Positions 42,329 to 52,991 of a stretch of DNA of 64,000 bases are shown here, piece after piece. Location: positions 29,559 through 93,558 of the forward strand of contig CASDXF010000008.1 in the NCBI GenBank assembly GCA_949285075.1, given 5' to 3'. Made by a program: the position numbers and the translations under genes. A model generated the notes under the pieces. The model was not told where the DNA came from. It did no database searches and was given only the letters and a program-made list of their open reading frames with translations. Each line of letters starts with the position of its first letter. The first letter of the stretch is position 1. Origin of the DNA: an uncultured Bacteroides sp. Its GTDB lineage: Bacteria; Bacteroidota; Bacteroidia; Bacteroidales; Bacteroidaceae.

Positions 42329-43297
42329 ATGCGCAAAGTTTACTACATCTATAATCCACAAACTCAGACTTATGACCGTATTTATCCTACCATGCGACAA
42401 CGAGCGCTCAGTTATTTACGCCGTTTGTTCATCGGCATGGGATTGGGGGCAGGATGCTTTCTCGCGTTACTCCTGATTTTCGGTTCGCCGTCCGAAAAAG
42501 AACTCCGAACGGAAAATAGCCGCTTACTAGCTCAGTACAACGTTCTTTCTCATCGCTTAGACGAAGCAATGGGAATACTTCAGGATATACAACAACGCGA
42601 CGATAATCTTTATCGGGTCATTCTGCAGGCGGATCCAATATCGCCAGCTATCCGTCAAGCCGGATATGGAGGAACTAATCGATATGAAGAACTGATGGAT
42701 TTGACAAACAGTAAACTGGTCGTAAACACAACACAAAAGTTAGATGTACTCACCAAACAGCTATACATCCAGTCTAAGTCTTTTGACGACGTAGTGGACA
42801 TGTGCAAGAACCATGACGAGATGTTACGGTGCATTCCCGCCATTCAGCCTATCTCAAACAAAGACCTTAAACAAACCGCATCGGGTTACGGCACACGCAT
42901 CGACCCTATTTATGGGACTACCAAGTTCCATTCCGGAATGGATTTCTCCGCCCAAACCGGAACCGATGTTTACGCTACGGGAGACGGAACCGTAACGAAA
43001 GTAGGATGGGAAACCGGATATGGAAAAACGATAGAGATAAACCACGGATTCGGCTACCTGACCCGCTATGCACACTTAAATGACTATAACGTTAAAGTAG
43101 GCCAAAAAGTAATGCGTGGAGAAATCATCGGAAAGGTGGGAAGCACCGGAAAAAGCACTGGTCCTCATTTGCACTATGAAGTACACGTGAAGGGACAAAT
43201 CGTCAATCCAGTCAACTACTATTTCATGGATTTAAGCGCAGAAGATTACGAAAAAATGATTCAATTAGCGGCTAACCACGGAAAAGTGTTCGACTAA
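42329..43297 (+). CDS. M23 family metallopeptidase
   Basis: [19 protein letters not shown]; N-terminal TM helix. Confidence 0.93.
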   Translation: MRKVYYIYNPQTQTYDRIYPTMRQRALSYLRRLFIGMGLGAGCFLALLLIFGSPSEKELRTENSRLLAQYNVLSHRLDEAMGILQDIQQRDDNLYRVILQADPISPAIRQAGYGGTNRYEELMDLTNSKLVVNTTQKLDVLTKQLYIQSKSFDDVVDMCKNHDEMLRCIPAIQPISNKDLKQTASGYGTRIDPIYGTTKFHSGMDFSAQTGTDVYATGDGTVTKVGWETGYGKTIEINHGFGYLTRYAHLNDYNVKVGQKVMRGEIIGKVGSTGKSTGPHLHYEVHVKGQIVNPVNYYFMDLSAEDYEKMIQLAANHGKVFD

Positions 43298-43317
43298 TCT
43301 TTAAACAAGGGAAACAA

Positions 43318-43662
43318 ATGCTAAATGCAGACAAGGAATTCAAGCTATATTACTCGATAGCAGAAGTGGCCGACATGTTTGGCGTCAACCAATCGCTTCT
43401 CCGATTCTGGGAGAAAGAGTTTCCGCAAATCGCTCCAAAGACCGCAGGAAGGGGCATACGCCAATACCGTAAAGAAGACGTAGAGATGATAGGCCTCATC
43501 TACCATTTAGTGAAGGAGAAAGGACTGACCCTGCAAGGAGCAAGGCAGCGATTAAAAGACAATAAAGAAGCAACTCTCCGTAATTACGAGATTATCACTC
43601 GCCTGAAAGCAATTAAAGAAGAGTTGCTATCCATAAAACGGGAATTGGACGGGAGGGAATAA
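43318..43662 (+). CDS. MerR-family HTH protein
   Basis: YSIAEVADMFGV...LRFWEKEF...R.Y. Confidence 0.9.
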   Translation: MLNADKEFKLYYSIAEVADMFGVNQSLLRFWEKEFPQIAPKTAGRGIRQYRKEDVEMIGLIYHLVKEKGLTLQGARQRLKDNKEATLRNYEIITRLKAIKEELLSIKRELDGRE

Positions 43663-43696
43663 CCTCCATCCCTCACTCAAATAAGTCTGACCGCAA

Positions 43697-45940
43697 TTAT
43701 TCTTCCACTCGTGTCACGAGCTTTACGTTTTGAATTTTTTTCAGATTATCACAAATAGCCTTTACATCCTCCACATCATGCACCCATAACTGAATTTTCC
43801 CTTCAAAGATGCCATCGTTCGTCTCAATTACCAACTTGCGAATATTCACATTAAGCTGGCGTGAAACGACTTGGGTTATTTCGTTTAGCAATCCAATACT
43901 GTCTATTCCCTTCACGTAAATGTATACGAGGAAAGAAAGTTCCTTATGAGTATCCCATTCCGTTGCCAATATCCGGTTGCCATAGCTACTTTTCAACTTA
44001 GCCGCAACAGGACATTGGCGCTTATGGATAATTATCCGGTCATTCTCATCCACATATCCCAGAACGTCATCTCCCGGAATCGGATGACAGCAATCAGCCA
44101 TGATATATTTCTTCTGAAGGCTTTCTTCCGTCAATTTCAGAATCTGCTTCGGGTTGATTTTCACCTTCTCTTGCGGTTCCTTATTTTCCTGCTTATCTTT
44201 ATTCCCTCCCCCAAAAGAGAACATTAAGTATTTTTTCCAGTTACTGGTCTGCTTTTCTTTTAATTCATTCCTATCATCATCACCCAATATTATCGTCTTA
44301 GCCCCAATCGCCACCAACAGTTCATCTTCATTCTTAAAGTTATGCAGCTTGCAAAGTTTCGCAATCACTCTTTCATCCAAGTGCATTTCTTCCTGTTTCA
44401 AGAACTCGTTAAGCAAAATCTCCCCTGCCTTATGGTTAGCTCTGCGCTCTTTTCGAAGAATAGCGGCTATTCGGGCTCTTGCCCGAGCTGTAGTGGCGAA
44501 CGCTTCCCACTGCGGTTGCACGCGCTGCGACTTAGAAGTCAAAATCTCGACCTGATCTCCACTCTGCAACTTATAACTTAATGGCACTAACTTATGATTC
44601 ACTTTAGCCCCTATACAATGACTCCCAATATCCGTATGAAGAGAAAAAGCAAAATCAAGAGCAGTTGAGTTTTGGGGCATAGTCTTCAGTTCACCTTTAG
44701 GAGTAAACACGAAAATCTCAGAAGCGAACAGATTCAGTTTAATCGTATCTAGAAAATCCATGCTGTCCGGTTGAGGGTCATCCAGAATTTCCTTTATCGT
44801 CTTTAACCATTTTTCCAACTCGCCTTCGTCTTCGCCCCCACCTCCTTCCTTGTATTTCCAATGAGCGGCAAACCCTTGTTCCGCCACATCATTCATACGT
44901 TCGCTCCGGATTTGAACCTCTATCCATTGCCCGTTATTGGCCATCAGCGTGACATGCAGGGCCTGATAGCCGTTAGCCTTCGGATGACTCACCCAGTCGC
45001 GCAAACGGTCGGGATGCGGTTTATATATCCGCGAAATGCAAACATAAATATCGAAACAGTCGTTAAGCTCTTCTTCCAAGTTACGAGGCTCAAAAATAAT
45101 ACGCACGGCCAAGAGGTCATATATTTCCTCAAACGGCACATGCTTGGTCTGCATCTTATTCCATATAGAATAGATAGACTTCACCCTCGCTAATATTCTA
45201 TATTTCAGACCCATTTTATCAAGTTCCTTACGTATAGGGTCCGTAAACTCCTTGAATACCTTATCGCGCTCCGCAGCAGTTGCGTTCAGTTTTTTCTCTA
45301 TCTCCTCGTATTCGCTGGGATGCTCGTACTTAAAGCTCAGGTCCTCTAACTCCGTCTTAATCTTATAAAGCCCCAAACGGTTGGCCAACGGCGCATAGAT
45401 GTAGAGCGTCTCCCCCGCTATTTTGTACTGCTTATTGGGAGGCATGGAACCAAGCGTACGCATATTGTGCAGTCGGTCGGCAATCTTAATCAGAATCACG
45501 CGTATGTCGTTCGACATGGTAAGCAGCAACTTCCTGAAGTTCTCCGCTTGCGCCGAAGCCCTATCACCAAAAATGCCTCCCGAAATTTTTGTTAACCCGT
45601 CTACTATTAAAGCTATTTTAGGGCCAAAAATATTTTCTATATCCTCTACGGTATAATCCGTATCTTCCACCACATCGTGCAGCAACGCCGCACAGATAGA
45701 TGTCGAGCCTAAGCCTATTTCGTTACATACAATCTTAGCGACAGCAAGGGGATGCATAATATAAGGCTCTCCCGAACGCCGTTTTATTCCTTTATGCGCC
45801 TGATTGGCGAAATTAAAAGCTTTCGTAATGATTTCAATCCGTTTACGGTGCTTTGTGGCCAGATAATCGGTTAAGAGTTCTTGGAACGTCTGATTGATTA
45901 TCTCTTCTTCTGCAATTTCTTTGGGGGTCGGATTATCCAT
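43697..45940 (-). CDS. relA: RelA/SpoT (p)ppGpp synthetase/hydrolase
   Basis: RRSGEPYI.HP, LHDVVED, KIADRLHN, NGYQALH, EVQIR, TGS and ACT domains. Confidence 0.95.
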   Translation of the reverse strand: MDNPTPKEIAEEEIINQTFQELLTDYLATKHRKRIEIITKAFNFANQAHKGIKRRSGEPYIMHPLAVAKIVCNEIGLGSTSICAALLHDVVEDTDYTVEDIENIFGPKIALIVDGLTKISGGIFGDRASAQAENFRKLLLTMSNDIRVILIKIADRLHNMRTLGSMPPNKQYKIAGETLYIYAPLANRLGLYKIKTELEDLSFKYEHPSEYEEIEKKLNATAAERDKVFKEFTDPIRKELDKMGLKYRILARVKSIYSIWNKMQTKHVPFEEIYDLLAVRIIFEPRNLEEELNDCFDIYVCISRIYKPHPDRLRDWVSHPKANGYQALHVTLMANNGQWIEVQIRSERMNDVAEQGFAAHWKYKEGGGGEDEGELEKWLKTIKEILDDPQPDSMDFLDTIKLNLFASEIFVFTPKGELKTMPQNSTALDFAFSLHTDIGSHCIGAKVNHKLVPLSYKLQSGDQVEILTSKSQRVQPQWEAFATTARARARIAAILRKERRANHKAGEILLNEFLKQEEMHLDERVIAKLCKLHNFKNEDELLVAIGAKTIILGDDDRNELKEKQTSNWKKYLMFSFGGGNKDKQENKEPQEKVKINPKQILKLTEESLQKKYIMADCCHPIPGDDVLGYVDENDRIIIHKRQCPVAAKLKSSYGNRILATEWDTHKELSFLVYIYVKGIDSIGLLNEITQVVSRQLNVNIRKLVIETNDGIFEGKIQLWVHDVEDVKAICDNLKKIQNVKLVTRVEE

Positions 45941-46010
45941 AGTGTGTTCCTTTCATTGCTTCACCTTGCAAATATATACAAATTCCTCATCGCTGCAAGC
46001 GATTAACCGT

Positions 46011-47303
46011 TTATTTGTATATTTTCAGACGTTTCCCCGCCGTGATTCGGGTTCCAGACATGCCGTTCCACCGCTTTATGTCACTTACCCGAACGCCAAA
46101 CTTTTCGGCAATGGTAGACAAGGTATCGCCAGACTTTATGGTATAAGTAGTCAGCTTTCCACTACCCGCCACGGCCTTCACCTGCTTTCGGGTAGTTGGC
46201 TCTACCGCCACCGTCTTACGATTGCGGAACAGCTCATCGGCCCGATGAGCGTAAATCGTATCCTGCCTGTCAATAAAGGAACTGATAGCCTCAATAGGCA
46301 ACCTCAAGGTATAAGGCTTTACATGCCCCGGGATAATGTCTTTCTTATACTGGGGATTCAAGCTTTTAATCTCGTCTTTCGGAACTTTGCATATATCCAC
46401 TATCTGCTCGAAATGAAGGTTCTTGCTCACCTGCACCGTATCCGTATTCGCCGGAATGTTTGTCTCCATCGGACAAATGTTATGGTCGCAATAATAAGTC
46501 ATGATGTAATTGGCGGCGATAAATGCGGGAACGTACCCCCTCGTTTCTTTAGGAAGGTAATTATATATCTTCCAATAGTCCGTCTCTCCTCCCGCACGGC
46601 GGATAGCCTTGTTCACTGTGCCCGGACCACAGTTGTAGGCGGCGATAACCAGATTCCAGTCTCCGTATATGTCATACATTTCCTTCAGATAACGGGCGGC
46701 GGCCCATGTCGCCTTAATCGGGTCGCGACGCTCGTCCACAAGGCTGTTCGACTCAAGTCCATAAATTTTAGCGGTTCCTATCATAAACTGCCACAGGCCA
46801 GTAGCTCCCGCCCGGGACACCGCGGAAGGATTCAACGCCGACTCGATGACCGGAAGATACTTCAGCTCTATTGGCAGTCCGTAAGCGTCTAACGCCTCCT
46901 CGAAAATCGGCATGTAAAAGTTACAGGCGCTTAACATAAAGGATACCTGCCCCCGTAGCCGCTCCGCATACAAATCAATGAACTTCCGCACAATCTCATT
47001 GTAAGGCATCTCCATAATAGCGGGAATGCGCGAGAGTCTGTCCATATAGACGGAATCGCTGAACTGCGGATTCACCTCCGAGGTGCTGCAATCCTTTCCC
47101 AAGTCAATATATGTTTTCGCCTTCCAATCGTTCAGCAGACTGTCAATCGGATAAGTCATGCTTTTCGGCAACTCAATGCTTTCCGTGCGCTCCGTTCCGT
47201 TCTCGTGAATTACCACATCCACGCTTTGCGCCTTCACTTGACAGGTTACGGCCGAGAGAATAGAGAAAACGACCGGATAACAATAATTCAATAAGTTCTT
47301 CAT
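46011..47303 (-). CDS. mltD: Lytic murein transglycosylase with LysM (MltD-like)
   Basis: IESALNP, AGATGLWQFM, AAYNCG, ETRGYVP, C-terminal LysM. Confidence 0.9.
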   Translation of the reverse strand: MKNLLNYCYPVVFSILSAVTCQVKAQSVDVVIHENGTERTESIELPKSMTYPIDSLLNDWKAKTYIDLGKDCSTSEVNPQFSDSVYMDRLSRIPAIMEMPYNEIVRKFIDLYAERLRGQVSFMLSACNFYMPIFEEALDAYGLPIELKYLPVIESALNPSAVSRAGATGLWQFMIGTAKIYGLESNSLVDERRDPIKATWAAARYLKEMYDIYGDWNLVIAAYNCGPGTVNKAIRRAGGETDYWKIYNYLPKETRGYVPAFIAANYIMTYYCDHNICPMETNIPANTDTVQVSKNLHFEQIVDICKVPKDEIKSLNPQYKKDIIPGHVKPYTLRLPIEAISSFIDRQDTIYAHRADELFRNRKTVAVEPTTRKQVKAVAGSGKLTTYTIKSGDTLSTIAEKFGVRVSDIKRWNGMSGTRITAGKRLKIYK

Positions 47304-47337
47304 TGCTCAATAATAGTTCAATCTGATAGTTGTACGT

Positions 47338-48207
47338 TTAAAACCGAAGCACGCATTGCAGGCCCACCGACTTCTGGTTGGGCCGGGCCCGGTACTGGTT
47401 GTCGATGACCGCCGGCTCGACCTTCATGCTCAAGTCGGGAGAAATGTCAAAGTTGGACAGCTCCGCGTCTACATAAGCGTCTATAATCGAGACGATATAC
47501 ACCGCAATAGTAGCGAATATACTTAAGTCCCGATAGCGCCGGAAACGGTCCTTTCTGTTCCTGAGTGTATTCTTAAGCCATTCTTCGTCATAGGTGGAAT
47601 TGGGAGGAAGCAGGTTCTCGTAGCTTCGGGTATTGGGATTGCTGTCCATAATATCCAGATACGCCTGCGAATAGTCGCTATACATCTTATTATTCCACGT
47701 CAGCGCATAGGCGCAACCCGCGAATCCTCCATAGATAATGGGAAGTTTCCAATACTTCCGGTTATAAATCTGTCCGCCTCCGGGAAAGACGACCGCCAAC
47801 CAAGTAGCCCTCGTCGGGTTAGGAACAAACAGTTTTCTATTCATATTCTCCACGGGAGGCAAACTATCGCCGGAAACTACGATAGAAGCGGGTCCTTCCA
47901 ACTTCTGCAATTCTCTCCGGTTGGCCGCGTCAACGCTGTCGGCCACCCGTATCTTGGCCACCGACATGCTGTCTAACGAGCGCAAGCGTACCGAGTCCCA
48001 AAAGATGACGGAATCCTTGCTCGCGGAATCCTGAGGAAGACGGTGTCTTCGCGCGCGCGCCTTCGGAGGCTGCCGCTGGCCTATCGTACTGTCGTTTCGC
48101 ACCGGAGCGGTCGGCTCCTGCGCAAGCGCATCAAAACCTACCGCCTGCAGCAATCCAAACAGTAGAACCGTGACGAGCACCCGATATGTATTGGTTATTT
48201 TTATCAT
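47338..48207 (-). CDS. DUF5683-like protein
   Basis: PGGGQIYNRKYWKLPIIYGG, IDAYVDAEL..FD; usual position between parB and mltD. Confidence 0.8.
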   Translation of the reverse strand: MIKITNTYRVLVTVLLFGLLQAVGFDALAQEPTAPVRNDSTIGQRQPPKARARRHRLPQDSASKDSVIFWDSVRLRSLDSMSVAKIRVADSVDAANRRELQKLEGPASIVVSGDSLPPVENMNRKLFVPNPTRATWLAVVFPGGGQIYNRKYWKLPIIYGGFAGCAYALTWNNKMYSDYSQAYLDIMDSNPNTRSYENLLPPNSTYDEEWLKNTLRNRKDRFRRYRDLSIFATIAVYIVSIIDAYVDAELSNFDISPDLSMKVEPAVIDNQYRARPNQKSVGLQCVLRF

Positions 48208-49097
48208 CTATTCTTTAGCGTATCAAAGATTTCCATGATACGTTCCAAATCTTCCTCATTATTAAACGGTATACTTATCTTTCCCTTTCCCTTTTCCGAG
48301 CAGGTAAGCTGAACCTTCGTATTGAAGAAACCTGAAAGCTGCTTCTTCAGCAAATTAAATTCTTCCGGCAGCTTGGCCCGCTTCGGGGTGATTTTCCGGT
48401 CGCCGCTCTTCACGGCCTCGCCTTCACTGAGCGATTTTACGATTTCCTCCACTTTCCGGACCGAATATCCATGCTCCTGTATCTCCTCGAATATCTTCAC
48501 CTGAAGCTTCGGGTCGTCCAACGCGAGCAAAGCCCTCGCGTGGCCCATATCCAGACGCTTATTCTGCAACGCCATCTGAATAGGCGCGGGCAGCTTCAGC
48601 AGACGGAGGTAATTGGCTATGGTCGTCCGATTCTTGCCGATACGCTCGCTTAGCTTCTCTTGAGTCATCTCGTACTGGTCGAGCAGATGCTGATAGGCCA
48701 ACGCTATTTCTACGGCGTTCAGGTCTTCACGCTGAATATTCTCTATCAAGGCCATCTCCATCATATTCTCGTCGTCAGCGGTACGGATATAGGCCGGAAT
48801 GGTCTTCAGCCCCGCCAAGAGCGACGCCCGGTAGCGGCGCTCGCCCGCGATAATCTGGTACTCGTCGTCCGAGAGCTTGCGAAGGGTGATGGGCTGAATG
48901 ATGCCTATCTCCGCTATCGAGTCCGCCAGTTCCTTCAGGGCGGTTTCGTCGAACTCCCTGCGCGGTTGGTTAGGATTGACGGAGATTTTCGAAAGTTCTA
49001 TTTCGTTAATGGAAGAAGAGCCTTCGGTCTTCACGTCATCCATCGAAAGCAAGGCGTCAAGCCCCCGTCCCAATGCATTTCTTCTTTGCGTTGCCAT
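48204..49097 (-). CDS. parB: Chromosome partitioning protein ParB/Spo0J
   Basis: LGRGLDAL, NPNQPR, IAGERRYRA, ENIQREDL, GHARAL. Confidence 0.96.
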   Translation of the reverse strand: MATQRRNALGRGLDALLSMDDVKTEGSSSINEIELSKISVNPNQPRREFDETALKELADSIAEIGIIQPITLRKLSDDEYQIIAGERRYRASLLAGLKTIPAYIRTADDENMMEMALIENIQREDLNAVEIALAYQHLLDQYEMTQEKLSERIGKNRTTIANYLRLLKLPAPIQMALQNKRLDMGHARALLALDDPKLQVKIFEEIQEHGYSVRKVEEIVKSLSEGEAVKSGDRKITPKRAKLPEEFNLLKKQLSGFFNTKVQLTCSEKGKGKISIPFNNEEDLERIMEIFDTLKNR

Positions 49098-49115
49098 ATC
49101 TTCTTCTTTTTTCCT

Positions 49116-49883
49116 TTATTGTTCGTTTCTACTGATTATCTCCCTCGCGAGCGCCAAGTGGTTCTTGGCCCCGGTAGAGTCCGCGTCATACAAGATGGTG
49201 GGTATGCCATAGCTTGGCGCCTCGCTCAGCTTCACGTTCCGCTGTATCACCGTGTTGAACACCAACTCTTGGAAGTGACGTTTCACCTCGTCGTAAATCT
49301 GGTTGGCCTGCCGCAGCCTTGAGTCGTACATCGTCAGCAGGAAGCCTTCGATTTCCAACCCCGGATTCAGTTTCGACTTAATGATTTTAATCGTATTCAG
49401 CAACTTGCTGATGCCCTCAAGCGCGAAGTACTCCGCCTGAACGGGAATAATCACCGAGTCGGCCGCCGTCAGCGCATTGACCGTTATCAGCCCCAACGAA
49501 GGCGAACAATCTATTAAGATATAATCAAACTCATCTTTCAGCGGCGCGAGCACCTCCTTCAAAATCTTTTCTCTGTTGGGAAGGTTCAGCATCTCTATCT
49601 CGGCCCCCACGAGATTTATGTGCGAGGATATTACCTTCAACGAATCCATATCCGTGTCATGGATAGCTTCCCTTATGTCGGCCCGGTCTACGATACATTC
49701 ATAAATCGTACACTCTGCCTGCTTAATGTCCACTCCCAGTCCGGAAGAGGCGTTCGCCTGTGGATCCGCGTCCACGACAAGCACCTTCTTCTCAAGCGCG
49801 GCGAGAGACGCGGCCAAATTAATGGTGGTAGTCGTCTTTCCCACGCCTCCTTTTTGATTTGCCAAAGCAATAATTTTTCCCAT
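49116..49883 (-). CDS. parA: Chromosome partitioning ATPase ParA/Soj
   Basis: NQKGGVGKTT, DADPQAN, DCSPSLG, EAPSYG. Confidence 0.96.
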   Translation of the reverse strand: MGKIIALANQKGGVGKTTTTINLAASLAALEKKVLVVDADPQANASSGLGVDIKQAECTIYECIVDRADIREAIHDTDMDSLKVISSHINLVGAEIEMLNLPNREKILKEVLAPLKDEFDYILIDCSPSLGLITVNALTAADSVIIPVQAEYFALEGISKLLNTIKIIKSKLNPGLEIEGFLLTMYDSRLRQANQIYDEVKRHFQELVFNTVIQRNVKLSEAPSYGIPTILYDADSTGAKNHLALAREIISRNEQ

Positions 49884-50121
49884 ATTCTTTCTTTTTATCG
49901 AGGGCGAAATAAACGATAAATCCTTAGAGCGCCTACGAAAAAACAGAATCTTTGCGTTTTCTGTTGATAAGTCACCTATTTTGTTAATAACTGCCTACAA
50001 GAGCGTTACACGATAAAGCGGCCTATCCGCGTCCCTTCGCAACGCGAGCTTGCAAATATACATAATTTATATTGTAAACCAATCCCTTTTTCCTTCCGCT
50101 TGCGGAAGATTAATATTTCTA

Positions 50122-50712
50122 AGAGCCTGTTTAAGTTTAGCCCGAGGTCTGCTGGTCCGGAAAACAGCGGGACAAAATGTTCCATTTTTAAGATTCGGAC
50201 TCAAAAATTACAGAGCGGAACGCTTCTTTTAGCGGCGAACATATACAGAAAACTGCATAAACATGACGCTTTTTGCATAAAAACCGCATAATATTCACTC
50301 GAAAAGCCCGTTTCCGGTCGACAGAAAGGATATTTCCGCCCGAGACGCGGCCCTGTTTCTCGCGAGCCATAGCCCTATTTATCGCGAGATGCGGCCCTGT
50401 TTCTCGCGAGACGTGGCCCCTTTCCGCAAGACCAACGGCGTTTTAACGGTTTTTCACTTCTCGTTGGTCGCTTTCGCCGAAGCGGAGAAAAATATCCATA
50501 TCATGCCATAACGCCGAATAAAGAGACCAAAAGGCACAAACAACGAGCCGCAAAGAGAAAAACGACAGAGAATAGCCAAATTCTAAAGCATCTTGAATTT
50601 CGCTAACGGCTCTACGCCGCGATAATTCCGGCCAAGCTCTACTCCGGCCGGAATTATCGCGTTCTGGAACGCATAAAATGGTCTGTTTTTAAGAATGGTC
50701 ATTTTTTAAGCT
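50122..50712 (-). repeat. Long intergenic repeat element, copy 3, ending in the MITE TIR
   Basis: Reverse complement carries the TTAAAAA..GACCAT boxes, hairpin 50618-50661, 22-bp CTCGCGAG array 50345-50420, and AGAGCCTGTTTAA at 50122. Confidence 0.8.
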
Positions 50713-50772
50713 TGACGATACGACATCTTTTCTCTACTTTTGTGCGGACATAAATAAAGAAAGGATTCAGTT

Positions 50773-51546
50773 ATGGAAAATAGACGACCGTTAATATTAA
50801 TATCGAACGATGACGGAGTGACGGCCAAAGGCATTAACGAACTGGTCAGGTTTCTCCGCCCGTTGGGAGACATCGTGGTCATGGCGCCCGACTCGCCTCG
50901 CTCGGGAAGCGGATGCGCGCTGACAACGACGAACCCCGTACGCTACCAACTAGTAAGGGAAGAAGAGGGACTAACGGTCTATCAATGCTCCGGCACTCCT
51001 ACCGACTGCGTGAAACTGGCACGGAACGTCGCGCTGAAACGGAAACCCGACTTGGTAGTAGGGGGAATCAATCACGGAGACAACTCGGCGACCAACGTGC
51101 ATTATTCGGGCACGATGGGAGTGGTCATAGAGGGCTGCCTGAACGGGATACCCTCCATTGGCTTCTCGCTCTGCGACCACGACAACGACGCGGACTTCGA
51201 ACCCGCCGGGCCTTACATTCGCAAGATTGCCGCAATGACACTCGAAAAGGGACTTCCCCCGCTGACCTGCCTGAACGTCAACTTTCCGAACACGCCCGAA
51301 CTGAAAGGCGTAAAGGTATGCGAGCAGGCGAAAGGCGCATGGACGCGCGAATGGGAGCCGTGCCCCCGACCGGGAGACCCGAACTGCTACTGGCTGACCG
51401 GAGTATTCTCCGACAGTGAACCGGAGAACGAGAAGAACGACCATTGGGCCTTGTCCCACGGCTACGTAGCCATTACGCCGACTACGGTCGACGTGACCGC
51501 CTATAGCTTTGTGGACGAACTGAAGAAACGCTGCCTAGACTTATAA
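50773..51546 (+). CDS. surE: 5'/3'-nucleotidase SurE
   Basis: ISNDDG, GTPTDCV, GINHG.N, YSGT. Confidence 0.96.
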   Translation: MENRRPLILISNDDGVTAKGINELVRFLRPLGDIVVMAPDSPRSGSGCALTTTNPVRYQLVREEEGLTVYQCSGTPTDCVKLARNVALKRKPDLVVGGINHGDNSATNVHYSGTMGVVIEGCLNGIPSIGFSLCDHDNDADFEPAGPYIRKIAAMTLEKGLPPLTCLNVNFPNTPELKGVKVCEQAKGAWTREWEPCPRPGDPNCYWLTGVFSDSEPENEKNDHWALSHGYVAITPTTVDVTAYSFVDELKKRCLDL

Positions 51547-51584
51547 ACCATTCACCATTCATCTACTAAAGCCCCAAAGCCCAA

Positions 51585-52733
51585 ATGAAATATTACCTGA
51601 TAGCCGGCGAGGCTTCCGGCGACCTGCACGCCGCTCACCTGATGGCGGCCCTGAAAGCGGAAGACCCTCAGGCGGAGTTCCGCTTCTTCGGCGGAGACAT
51701 GATGGCCGCCGTGGGAGGAACACGGGTAAAACATTACAGGGAACTGGCCTACATGGGATTCATTCCCGTGCTTCTGCACCTGAGAACGATTTTCGCGAAC
51801 ATGCGCCGATGCAAGGCGGACATCCTCGCTTGGAGTCCGGACGTGGTCATATTGGTAGACTATCCCGGCTTCAACCTGAATATCGCCAAGTTTCTCCACG
51901 CTCGCACCCGGATTCTGGTATTCTACTACATCTCCCCCAAGATATGGGCGTGGAAGGAATACCGGATAAAGAATATCCGGCGAGACGTGGACGAGCTGTT
52001 TTCCATCCTTCCCTTCGAGGTTGACTTCTTCGAGGGAAAGCACCACTACCCCATTCACTATGTAGGAAACCCTACCGTAGACGAAGTGGACGCGTACCGG
52101 AAAGCGCATCCCGCAGACTCCAAGCAATTCGCCTCGGACAACGGACTGGAGGACAAGCCCATCATCGCGCTGCTGGCGGGAAGCCGGAAACAGGAGATAA
52201 AAGACAATCTGCCATACATGCTGAAAGCCGCCTCGGCCTTCCCCGAATACCAACTCGTACTAGCCGGAGCGCCGAGTATCCCAGAGGAATATTACGAACG
52301 ATACGCGAAAGGGACGAAGGTTAACATCATCTTCGGACAGACTTACCGCTTACTACAGCACGCCGAAGCCGCGTTGGTCACCTCCGGAACGGCCACGTTG
52401 GAGACCGCGCTGTTCCGCATACCGCAAGTAGTCTGCTATTATTTATCCGCCGGGAAGCTCGTCTCGTTCCTGCGCCGCCACATCCTGAAGGTTAAGTTCA
52501 TCTCGCTAGTCAACCTCATCGCCGACCGGGAGGTCGTAAAAGAATTAGTGGCGGACGGCATGACCGTAGACAATGTACAAAAAGAACTCGGGCTAATCCT
52601 CCGAGACAAGGACACGAGAGAAACGATGCTAAAGGGATACGAAGACATGGCCCGGCGACTTGGCGAACCGGGCGCTCCTGTACGGGCCGCCCGAGAGATG
52701 GTAAGGCTCATCAAAAAAGGCAAGCGTACCTGA
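51585..52733 (+). CDS. lpxB: Lipid-A-disaccharide synthase
   Basis: AGEASGD, DYPGFN, SPKIWAW, ILPFE, GSRKQE, SGTATLE. Confidence 0.96.
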   Translation: MKYYLIAGEASGDLHAAHLMAALKAEDPQAEFRFFGGDMMAAVGGTRVKHYRELAYMGFIPVLLHLRTIFANMRRCKADILAWSPDVVILVDYPGFNLNIAKFLHARTRILVFYYISPKIWAWKEYRIKNIRRDVDELFSILPFEVDFFEGKHHYPIHYVGNPTVDEVDAYRKAHPADSKQFASDNGLEDKPIIALLAGSRKQEIKDNLPYMLKAASAFPEYQLVLAGAPSIPEEYYERYAKGTKVNIIFGQTYRLLQHAEAALVTSGTATLETALFRIPQVVCYYLSAGKLVSFLRRHILKVKFISLVNLIADREVVKELVADGMTVDNVQKELGLILRDKDTRETMLKGYEDMARRLGEPGAPVRAAREMVRLIKKGKRT

Positions 52734-52885
52734 CCCCGGTTTTCAGGCCAAGAGGCTATACGCATGCGGCCCGCACGGACAAGCGCCAAGAGCTTTCCCG
52801 CATTCAGGTTTCTTATACCTTACTTTATAAAGACTGCCAATGTCCACAGACAGCGGTAGAGAATCTTCATACACTCTACAAACAA

Positions 52886-52940
52886 GTAACAGCTTCGCAA
52901 CATAAAAGTAAACGAAGTGTATCCTTGTCGTAGTTTTCGT
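52886..52940 (+). promoter_or_regulatory. 11-bp-spaced direct repeats (OmpR/PhoB-type operator candidate) upstream of the TonB receptor
   Basis: GTAACA 52886, GCAACA 52897, GTAAAC 52908; TAGTTTTCG near 52931 resembles the -7 element. Confidence 0.4.
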
Positions 52941-52991
52941 ATAACCCAACGCCCCGACCTTCGCGACGTAAAAAAGAAGTTCAGGGTATTT

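Noticed and set aside
42234-42359. N-terminal extensions given by the ORF track for alaS (also lysA, rpsB, asnS, rluB, NigD, TonB receptor and the ATPase)
   Set aside because: The upstream in-frame starts overlap promoters or neighbouring genes; downstream ATGs match the family N-termini or signal peptides.
49884-50772. oriC or parS next to parAB
   Set aside because: Only two imperfect DnaA boxes, no clear unwinding element, no TGTTTCACGTGAAACA-like palindrome seen, and no evident strand-bias switch.
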